Assembly (NCBI GenBank): GCA_964369145.1
Contig: CAYJEE010000001.1
Span: forward strand, 2,052 to 66,051
Length of the DNA stretch: 64,000 nt
Direction of reading: 5' to 3'
Origin: an uncultured Candidatus Saccharibacteria bacterium
GTDB taxonomy: Bacteria > Patescibacteriota > Minisyncoccia > Phycocordibacterales > DATDWN01
The first letter of the stretch is position 1, and every line of letters begins with the position of its first letter. Below are positions 57,009 through 64,000 of this stretch, one piece after another. Below the pieces are notes generated by a model. The model did not search any database. It was not told where the DNA came from and saw only the letters and a program-made list of their open reading frames with translations. The position numbers and the translations under genes were made by a program.

Positions 57009-58253
57009 TTACACATTTTTCCCTGCAACATACCCAGTCGTCCAACAGAGCTGCAATGAAAAGCCTCCAGAAGGTCTGTCTATATGGATCATGTCTCCCG
57101 TAAGGAAAAGATTATCGATTTTTGTAGATTGCATGGTCTTTGTATCAATCTCACGAATATCCACTCCGCCATCAGCAACCACCGCTTTGTCGAATCCAAG
57201 GAGGCCCAAAATTGACACAGGAAGAGCTTTGAGAAGCCTAGTGATATCTTTACGCATCTCTTTGGTCACACTATGCGTCTTTATTTCAGGATCGATATGT
57301 GGCAAGAGTGAGAGGATTACACGACCAGTTCCATGAGGTGCGATGTCACTAAACACATTTTTAAATGCTTTATTTTTATGTACATCAAATATCTTGATAA
57401 TATACTTTTCAAGCGTCCCCTGATCTTTGTCTGGATAGGTGTCGATATGAAGTGTAACAAGACCCTTGTGTAAAAGATCCGCTACTTCTTTTGCAGTATT
57501 GAGTATAAGGGGGCCAGAGAGTCCAAAATGAGTACACAAAACTTTCCCTTTTTTAGTAAATGCTTTCGTACCATCTACAAAAAAGGAAAGTTTCACTGGA
57601 TGCTCGAGAGAACCGAGAGAAATTCCCGCGAGTTCTTTGACCCACGCTTCTTCGACTATAATTGGCACGATAGTCGGTGTCGGTTCGTGTATAGTGTGTC
57701 CGAGGTTGCCCAGCCAGCCGAATCCGTCACCAGTTGATCCTGTCTCGGGATGAGAGAGTCCACCAGTAGCTATCACCACAGACTCCCCTTCATACACACC
57801 TTTTTTTGTAACAACCTTTGAAATTTTTTTATCGGTAATTTCCAGTTTAACTACAGGGTTATCAGTCATCACAGTCACATTGTGTTCTTTTAAAAATTTC
57901 ACCAACACATCACATACATCAGAGGCTTTTTCTGATTTTGGAAATGCACGTTTTCGAGCTTCTACAAAAAGGGGGAGTCCCCTACCCTCAAAAAATTCAA
58001 AGGTTTCATTCACACCAAATACAGAAAATGGAGAATATAAAAAATCTTTTCCTGATTTGTAATGTGAGAGAAGTGCATGAATATCGTATTCTGCATTTGT
58101 GATGTTGCAACGTCCACCACCGGTGATACGCAACTTTTCTCCGAGTTTTTTATTTTTTTCAAGCAAAAGCACGCGTTTTCCACGCGCCCCCGCGACTCCG
58201 GCAGCCATCATCCCAGATGCTCCCCCACCGATTACGATTACGTCGTAGTTCAT
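57009..58253 (-). CDS. HI0933/BaiN-family FAD-dependent flavoprotein
   Basis: MNYDVIVIGGGASGMMAAG...GGGRCNITN. Confidence 0.8.
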   Translation of the reverse strand: MNYDVIVIGGGASGMMAAGVAGARGKRVLLLEKNKKLGEKLRITGGGRCNITNAEYDIHALLSHYKSGKDFLYSPFSVFGVNETFEFFEGRGLPLFVEARKRAFPKSEKASDVCDVLVKFLKEHNVTVMTDNPVVKLEITDKKISKVVTKKGVYEGESVVIATGGLSHPETGSTGDGFGWLGNLGHTIHEPTPTIVPIIVEEAWVKELAGISLGSLEHPVKLSFFVDGTKAFTKKGKVLCTHFGLSGPLILNTAKEVADLLHKGLVTLHIDTYPDKDQGTLEKYIIKIFDVHKNKAFKNVFSDIAPHGTGRVILSLLPHIDPEIKTHSVTKEMRKDITRLLKALPVSILGLLGFDKAVVADGGVDIREIDTKTMQSTKIDNLFLTGDMIHIDRPSGGFSLQLCWTTGYVAGKNV

Positions 58254-58254
58254 A

Positions 58255-58757
58255 TTACAAACCTAAAAGTTTAGCCCACGTTTTCTTTCCCACCATACCG
58301 TACCCAGTGGTATTTTCAGTACCACTTGAGGCAATAGTGTATTGTCTCTGGAATGCCTGCACCGCTTTTTTTGTGGTAGGGCCAAAGTATCCTGAAGAAT
58401 CAACATTCTGTGGGAAGAAACCAAGTCTCTTGAGAATATTTTGTAACTTCACTACATCAGAATGCTTCACACCGATGTATACAGTTGTAGGAAGTACTTG
58501 AGAAGTAACAGTTTGTGGTGGAGTCGATGATCCAGCTAAGCTTCCTCGTGTTAGTGGGCCGACGATACCAGTCTGCTCGATTCCTTTAGATGCTTGATAG
58601 AGTTTAACCGCTCTTTCTGTTGCCGGACCAAAGTAGTTGCTTGTCTGTATTGAGTTCTCAAACAAACCAATTTGTTTGAGATGGGTTTGAAGAATGATAA
58701 TCTCGGGAGAAGTCATTCCTCGAGCAAGAGTTTTGGTGATGATGATTCCTGGTGGAG
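58255..58757 (-). repeat. right copy of the ~503-bp inverted duplication
   Basis: see left copy. Confidence 0.85.
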
Positions 58758-60561
58758 TCGGTACAACCGGAGAGATTATTGTCGTCGTTGCTAAAGGTGC
58801 TGGAGGTACAACAACTGGAGGAACAATGATGGGAAGTGGGTCAATAGGAGGTATAATAGATCCCCCGCCACCGCCTCCCCCTCCTCCACCACCTCCACCG
58901 CCGCTCACAACTGTAGCAAGTGTAGTAAATGTTGTATTAGGTGAAGTGATGAGGTTACCTGATGCATCTCTACTCTTCACACGATAGTGATACACCGTAT
59001 TTGGCGAGAGATTGATGAGAAATGCTGTATGAGAAGTATTGAGTGACTCATTGAGAGTACTTACACTTCCGTATTGATCTGTTATACCGTATTCTACCTG
59101 TGAGCTTGCAGATTCACTGGTTGTCCATGAAACTGTGACGGATGTTTGAGTGATACCTGAACTCGCTAAGGATGAAATTATTGGAGGGGTACTATCGGGA
59201 ACTGTTCTCCATTCTACATACTTTTGACTCCATCTATAGTTTTGAGAATACTGTTTTCCACCAGTACCTACTCCACCCAAATATGCTCCAGCAACTCCTG
59301 AATTAAAAATTTTATCTCCTCGGATACGATAAACAACATCTCCAGTTTGTCGATAGACCCAACCATACAGAGGAGCAATAAGTAGGTTAAGATCGGGTGC
59401 GGGAGCACCTTGTATATAAGTGGTTGTATCGACATAACGAAAAGCTTGGCCGTTCTCATCCCAATGAGTGAGCCATAATTCGTCGGCAGCCAACTTTAGT
59501 AGCGGAGGAATTCTAGGATCCGCTGTTAAATCCCAATACTCAATCAGTGCTTCAGCAGAAAGTGCAACCATAAATGGTTGTACATAATTAGCATTTTTAC
59601 TTACAAACCATTGGTCAAAATGACCAATTACTATCTCTGCAATATCTTGAAGAGTAGGTTTCCTAGCTAGACCCACACGCTCTGCTGCAATATTAACTTC
59701 TAATGCATAAGCCAATTCTCTCGAATTTTCCCAACTTACAGCAAAACCAACATTTTGAAGACTTGCATACGCACTATTTTCTCGCATGAGGTTAAGAGCA
59801 TCTTTTGACAACGTGTCACCAGTCCGTTCAAAATTCATAGCCAAACCTTGAGGAAAATACCGCCAACCGGGAATTCCTCCATTTGCATTTATAACGTATG
59901 GTCTGTATAAACTTTGTATTAAAAGTGCGCAATCATCCCAACTTGGATCATGTGTGTAATCTGCTATTTGATAAAATACTCTGATGCCATCGTAATACCA
60001 CGCAGCACCCTCCCATATAGAAGTCACCTCAACAGGATCACAATGCATTAAACCAAAATGAGTCATGTTATTTTCCCATGTAGAAAGGCTTGAGAGAGAT
60101 GTGTTAGATGGAAATACATCTTTAACTATTTGTGCTGGAATAGGGTTGACAGTAATATCATAGACAACACTCCGGACAACTCCGCTTTGACTGGTATATG
60201 TGATGGTAATTGGGTATGTTCCCGTGGGAGTATTTGTCGTAGTTATTATCTTTAATGAAGTTATACTACTAATATTATATAAATATGTTCCACAACAATA
60301 CTTAACCATATCCGGGTAAGTCGCTGTCATTCCTGTCGCAAGTCCACTCACTGAAGGTGTGACTGGTTCATCAACCCCACTTATAAGAGATGATGCTAAA
60401 ACAATAGCTATTGAATTACCTTTAACCACACTATGTGGACCAAAAGCTGTTAGTGTAAATTGTGGAGGTTCGTTTATTTGTGCGTGGATAGTATTACTCA
60501 GTATAAAAAACAATACTATTCCGACAAACATCAAAATTGTAAATAGCGAGTACTTTCTCAT
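58255..60561 (-). CDS. cell-wall-anchored surface enzyme 2: signal peptide, alpha/alpha-toroid-like (polysaccharide lyase/GH-like) domain, Fn3, poly-Gly/Pro linker, two PG_binding_1 domains
   Basis: distinct N-terminal catalytic region; Fn3 ...SPNTVYHYRVKSRD...; GGGGGGGGGGGGGG linker; C-terminal 164 aa identical to the 52269-55601 product. Confidence 0.65.
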   Translation of the reverse strand: MRKYSLFTILMFVGIVLFFILSNTIHAQINEPPQFTLTAFGPHSVVKGNSIAIVLASSLISGVDEPVTPSVSGLATGMTATYPDMVKYCCGTYLYNISSITSLKIITTTNTPTGTYPITITYTSQSGVVRSVVYDITVNPIPAQIVKDVFPSNTSLSSLSTWENNMTHFGLMHCDPVEVTSIWEGAAWYYDGIRVFYQIADYTHDPSWDDCALLIQSLYRPYVINANGGIPGWRYFPQGLAMNFERTGDTLSKDALNLMRENSAYASLQNVGFAVSWENSRELAYALEVNIAAERVGLARKPTLQDIAEIVIGHFDQWFVSKNANYVQPFMVALSAEALIEYWDLTADPRIPPLLKLAADELWLTHWDENGQAFRYVDTTTYIQGAPAPDLNLLIAPLYGWVYRQTGDVVYRIRGDKIFNSGVAGAYLGGVGTGGKQYSQNYRWSQKYVEWRTVPDSTPPIISSLASSGITQTSVTVSWTTSESASSQVEYGITDQYGSVSTLNESLNTSHTAFLINLSPNTVYHYRVKSRDASGNLITSPNTTFTTLATVVSGGGGGGGGGGGGGGSIIPPIDPLPIIVPPVVVPPAPLATTTIISPVVPTPPGIIITKTLARGMTSPEIIILQTHLKQIGLFENSIQTSNYFGPATERAVKLYQASKGIEQTGIVGPLTRGSLAGSSTPPQTVTSQVLPTTVYIGVKHSDVVKLQNILKRLGFFPQNVDSSGYFGPTTKKAVQAFQRQYTIASSGTENTTGYGMVGKKTWAKLLGL

Positions 60562-60662
60562 TGTGTTGCTTTATAGTTTTATGGCGAAGTAAGGGCTGTA
60601 TAATTACTTTTCACTAACCTACTTAAGTTTAGCATTTATTTTGATGCAATAGAACGCAAACC

Positions 60663-60713
60663 ACCATCATCCCAGACGCTCCCCCACCGATTACGATTAC
60701 GTCGTAGTTCATA
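60663..60713 (-). pseudogene. 51-bp duplicate of the flavoprotein gene 5' end (MNYDVIVIGGGASGMM..), one mismatch, no continuing ORF
   Basis: ccatcatcccaga(c/t)gctcccccaccgattacgattacgtcgtagttcat matches 58203-58253. Confidence 0.6.
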
Positions 60714-60807
60714 AGTGTAAACTATACCATACATACTTATATAAATATTTAGACAATATGGGGTATTTGTACACCTATCGTATTTTTTAAAATAATGTGG
60801 TATACTA

Positions 60808-61452
60808 TTGTCCATGACATATACCAAAAAGATCGCTTATCTCTGTATGTTCTTAGCCCCGTTTCTGGCTGTGGCCCAAGGACAAGCCTTTTCCACATCA
60901 CTTGGGTACGGAAGTACAGAAAAAAATGAAGTTATCAAGCTTCAGCAATTTCTCGTATCTGAAGGATTACTCGGAACAAACCCAACAGGCAATTACCTTT
61001 CTCTGACCGCAAACGCTGTAAAAGCATTCCAAAAAAGTCAGAACATTCAAGCGACTGGTTATTTCGGCCCACTGACCCGCGCAGCAGCGAACCAAAAGTT
61101 TACTGAGCGCAACACTCCCCAAGCATCTGTCTCTGTATCATCTGTGAGCTCAAACAAATCTCTCGCCGCAGCAGTCTTTTTGTCAAACTCTAAAAAAGTA
61201 GAATGGAGTACAGCCAACTACCCATCAAACGTTGGTGTCAATATCAACCTTCTCAAAAAAGTAAATACTTCTCCGGTAACCTACGCATTTGTACGTCAGA
61301 TTGCAAAAGACACACCAAATGACGGACAAGAAGTATGGACACCCACATCAGCCGAGAAGAATCTCGATCTCTATGTTGAAGTGACCTGTTCGACTACATA
61401 TACATTTACAAAAGGCTGTCAGATCTCTCGAGACACTATAAAAGTTCAGTAA
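60808..61452 (+). CDS. secreted PG_binding_1-domain protein
   Basis: signal peptide; ...VIKLQQFLVSEGLL...GYFGPLTRAA. Confidence 0.5.
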   Translation: MSMTYTKKIAYLCMFLAPFLAVAQGQAFSTSLGYGSTEKNEVIKLQQFLVSEGLLGTNPTGNYLSLTANAVKAFQKSQNIQATGYFGPLTRAAANQKFTERNTPQASVSVSSVSSNKSLAAAVFLSNSKKVEWSTANYPSNVGVNINLLKKVNTSPVTYAFVRQIAKDTPNDGQEVWTPTSAEKNLDLYVEVTCSTTYTFTKGCQISRDTIKVQ

Positions 61453-61461
61453 GTACTCTAC

Positions 61462-61857
61462 TTACCAGTTCAGTACTGTGATTGTCAGTTGAACTATTGT
61501 TGCAAATGATACCCAAAGGAGGTATGGGATATTTATTTTTGCTACCCAAGGTACGTATTTTCGTATACTCCACATCGCCCAGACAAGTGTCCCGAGTACG
61601 AGGAGGATATCGATTGACGCAAGTGGTAGATTGACCAAACCAAACTGTATCGGAGTAAACAGAAGATTAAATACAATATTGAGTGCAAATGGTAATGCGA
61701 TTTTTGCTGGCAATTTCTTCTTGAAAAACTGAAAGAAAACATAGCCAAAAGAAATCGCAATCAGGATATAGAGCACAGTCCATACTGGCCCAAAAATCCA
61801 TGAAGGTGGCGCCCAGCTCGGTTTTATCAATTGTGCGTATTGAGTGTAGTTTTGCAT
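61462..61857 (-). CDS. tspO: TspO/MBR-family membrane protein, N-terminally short (131 aa)
   Basis: KPSWAPPSWIFGPVWTVLY signature. Confidence 0.6.
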   Translation of the reverse strand: MQNYTQYAQLIKPSWAPPSWIFGPVWTVLYILIAISFGYVFFQFFKKKLPAKIALPFALNIVFNLLFTPIQFGLVNLPLASIDILLVLGTLVWAMWSIRKYVPWVAKINIPYLLWVSFATIVQLTITVLNW

Positions 61858-61906
61858 AAAAGGTACAAAAAACAGAGGCCACCCTCTGTTTCTATATAAA
61901 TAATAA

Positions 61907-62308
61907 TTATTCAGTAGTTACCCCGTCAAAGTCTGCTTCGTTTGCCATCGCATCAGCTTTTGTGGTGCGGATGATACCGTCTTTGTGATGTGATGGAGCG
62001 TAGATAGTGTAGAACTTTAATGATTCAGAGTCTGAAGTGTTGATCACATTGTGCTCTGTCCCCGCAGGCACGACGATCGCATCTCCGTCTTCTACTTCAT
62101 ATTCAGTCTCACCTACGATTACTTTTCCTTGTCCAGCATCAAATCGGAAAAACTGATCATTTTCTTCATGTACTTCTGATCCGATATCTTCTCCAGGAAG
62201 CAGTGACATGAGGACGAGCTGCATGTGTGTGCCTGTGTAGAGTACGTGTCGAAAGTCTCCATTTTCTTTTGTTAAATCCTCAATGTGTCCAAAGTATCCT
62301 TTTTTCAT
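61907..62308 (-). CDS. cupin-fold protein
   Basis: two-motif cupin pattern; internal Met start preferred. Confidence 0.5.
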   Translation of the reverse strand: MKKGYFGHIEDLTKENGDFRHVLYTGTHMQLVLMSLLPGEDIGSEVHEENDQFFRFDAGQGKVIVGETEYEVEDGDAIVVPAGTEHNVINTSDSESLKFYTIYAPSHHKDGIIRTTKADAMANEADFDGVTTE

Positions 62309-62321
62309 AAATATTATCTTA

Positions 62322-62873
62322 TTATTGCATGAGTAATTCTTTAAATGTAATTGACGCGGGTGCGGTAAATTTTGATTCATCCACAGACCACGAGTCACAG
62401 TCATAATCTCCAATCGTCTCCCCATTGAAACCGATGTATGCAGACGGTGGAGTAGCTTTACCCTCTATCTGAGCACCCCCTTGCGGCGTTTGATTTCGTA
62501 TTTTCATACCTCGATTACCGAGCGCACTTGACCATGTGTATGTATAACCATCTTTGACAATCATCGAACTCTGGATAGTCATCCCTTGAGTCTGTGTGGT
62601 GAAGTCACCACGGATGCGATCCTTGTCGATGAAGACTGTGCCTTTACTCTCAATATTCTCAACGTATTGATTGACGGTACACTGGTACGAACCGCCCTGT
62701 TTCAAGAGTTCGGTGAATGCCATTTTCTTGCCCGCAGGTGCATTATTTTCTGTTTCTGTTGATTCGGTGTTTGTACTGACTACCTCCGGCTTATACACTG
62801 TTTTATAAGTAAAAAATCCTCCCCCGGCAAGTACAAGTACTGCCGCAAATATAATAAATGGTTTTGTAAGCAT
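62322..62873 (-). CDS. secreted/lipoprotein-like hypothetical protein
   Basis: N-terminal TM/signal then soluble domain. Confidence 0.4.
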   Translation of the reverse strand: MLTKPFIIFAAVLVLAGGGFFTYKTVYKPEVVSTNTESTETENNAPAGKKMAFTELLKQGGSYQCTVNQYVENIESKGTVFIDKDRIRGDFTTQTQGMTIQSSMIVKDGYTYTWSSALGNRGMKIRNQTPQGGAQIEGKATPPSAYIGFNGETIGDYDCDSWSVDESKFTAPASITFKELLMQ

Positions 62874-62890
62874 GTATCTAGTATAGCAAA

Positions 62891-63595
62891 TTAAGTCTTC
62901 AAGTAATACTCGAGTGTATACATCCAATCCACATCATCCTCCCCGCTTTCGCGTTTTTGTTTGAGGAGCCATTCGAGATATCCTCGGTCATTATTTACAA
63001 CTTCAGAAAGTGCTTTGTCTTTGTATTTTCCAAAATTAAATTTTTTGTAGAGTGACGGTACGCTCGAAATCTCAATCATTTTTTTAATTGCCAATTCCTC
63101 GTCTCCAGTAGTTTCTTTTACTTTTGCCAAGAGTCGCTCAAACACTGCGTGCAAAACATTTACGTCTCCTTCCGCATCATGCGCATTACCTGGCACATCG
63201 AGGTCGAGATAGTAGCGGAGATACTGGAGATTGTATTCAGGGATCACTCCTGCGCTGTCGAGATGACGAGCAACACGGAGGGTGCAGATAAACTGTGGGA
63301 TTTCCATACCATCTCGCTTGAGCATTTCGAGGTCAAAGAGTGCATTGTGGGCCACCAAAACGCCTGTAGAGAGGAGTTTCTGGAGCTCATCAGCAAAGAT
63401 ACTTCCCGGGAAAGGTTCCTTGTCTACGAGCATTTTGTTGGTGATATGAGTGATACTCATCGACTTCACCGACACCGGTACTGGTGGTTTGAAATACCCC
63501 ACCTTCACTTCATCATCCACCCGATAACAGACCTGACAGAGACGATCTGTTTTTTCAATCCCCGTTGTTTCAGTATCAAGAAAAATTAATTGCAT
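62891..63595 (-). CDS. DnaQ-like DEDDh 3'-5' exonuclease with C-terminal DUF3820-like tail
   Basis: FLDTETTG (Exo I), HNALFDLEML (Exo II), HDAEGDVNVL (Exo III); tail FNFGKYKDKALSEV..YLEWLL. Confidence 0.7.
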   Translation of the reverse strand: MQLIFLDTETTGIEKTDRLCQVCYRVDDEVKVGYFKPPVPVSVKSMSITHITNKMLVDKEPFPGSIFADELQKLLSTGVLVAHNALFDLEMLKRDGMEIPQFICTLRVARHLDSAGVIPEYNLQYLRYYLDLDVPGNAHDAEGDVNVLHAVFERLLAKVKETTGDEELAIKKMIEISSVPSLYKKFNFGKYKDKALSEVVNNDRGYLEWLLKQKRESGEDDVDWMYTLEYYLKT

Positions 63596-63639
63596 GAAGA
63601 TAGTATAGCAAAAATATTCTCATAGGTATGTACACAAAA

Positions 63640-63672
63640 AAGATTAAAGAAAAAAACCACCACCCGCCGGTG
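63640..63672 (-). terminator. minus-strand intrinsic terminator accaccggcgggtggtgg + ttttttt
   Basis: terminates a minus-strand transcript entering from the right edge. Confidence 0.5.
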
Positions 63673-63687
63673 GTCTTTTCCGGTTGG

Positions 63688-63810
63688 TCATGGTTGTGCT
63701 TGTTGCCCGAGGTAGTTAACCTCGAGCTTTTCCCAATTCTTTTCTCCCACTAACACTAACAGCAGGAAGAACAGAATTGCTATAAAAAAATAAAACTGAT
63801 TTTTTTTCAA
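63688..63810 (-). CDS. possible 40-aa hydrophobic peptide (TTG start, AGGAGA SD)
   Basis: AGGAGAtaaaTTG; (M)KKNQFYFFIAILFFLLLVLVGEKNWEKLEVNYLGQQAQP. Confidence 0.25.
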   Translation of the reverse strand: MKKNQFYFFIAILFFLLLVLVGEKNWEKLEVNYLGQQAQP

Positions 63811-64000
63811 TTTATCTCCTTTCTCACCACCTGATGGTAGGTGCATGGTGCAACTGGGTCACCCATCGAGTCGCACTGCAGGCCGAAGCCCTGCAACCGT
63901 CGTTTTGCCGGCTCAGCTTTGTGAACCGGAGCCGGTGTCGAAGTTTTGCCGAAGCTGAAACTCGACCAGTCGATGAGAAGTCTAAACCCTAGTATTGTTG
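63811..64000 (-). ncRNA. candidate structured RNA or riboswitch-like leader (possibly truncated by the window edge)
   Basis: GC-rich nested hairpins; blocks ACTAGGGTT, CTGGTCGAG, CCGG..CACAAAG..CCGG, ACGACGG recall the ykkC/guanidine-I aptamer (from memory, unverified). Confidence 0.2.

Noticed and set aside
57091-58062. Several 60-80-aa plus-strand ORFs
   Set aside because: Antisense to the HI0933 flavoprotein gene, which has clear conserved motifs.
55099-58757. Diversity-generating retroelement (TR/VR pair) explanation for the duplicated C-termini
   Set aside because: No reverse transcriptase in the window. The two copies encode identical peptides rather than adenine-specific variants, and the duplicated region is a PG-binding anchor, not a ligand-binding tip.

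Overview
AT-rich bacterial chromosomal window (about 40% GC by eye) with compact genes and mostly weak or absent Shine-Dalgarno sequences. It reads like a reduced-genome organism, but the phylum cannot be assigned from sequence alone. Housekeeping content: a truncated uvrC-like excinuclease, ddl, zwf, ychF, leuS, mnmA, a short alaS, infA-rpmJ-rpsM-rpsK-rpsD-rpoA-rplQ followed by rplM-rpsI, and grpE-dnaK-dnaJ. There are two mltG paralogs, an FtsA/PilM-like actin-fold gene, an M3 oligoendopeptidase, an MsbA-like ABC exporter, an HD hydrolase, a HI0933-type flavoprotein, TspO, a cupin and a DnaQ-like exonuclease. Accessory or regulatory content worth attention: (1) an SOS-type operon with a small ORF translationally coupled (TAATG) to a lexA-like gene, and a Cheo-like GAAC-N4-GTTC box inside its promoter spacer; (2) a GC-richer MobC-like gene at the left edge; (3) tRNA-Ala(TGC) embedded in a 157-bp tandem repeat, with an inverted 3' tRNA fragment and GC-richer secreted-protein genes on both sides; (4) an ATP-cone/Mrr-like nuclease fusion as its own transcription unit; (5) a roughly 120-nt intergenic element present twice with compensatory stem changes; (6) a 15-kb right-hand region of giant secreted, peptidoglycan-binding enzymes, in which an ECF-sigma/LuxR/flavoprotein cassette is bracketed by a ~503-bp inverted duplication (the encoded C-terminal 164 aa of the two surface proteins are identical), plus shared 48-bp upstream elements and a 51-bp footprint of the flavoprotein 5' end; (7) several candidate structured leaders or ncRNAs, including one at the right edge with ykkC-like sequence blocks. 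No CRISPR array, rRNA, transposase or integrase gene was seen.
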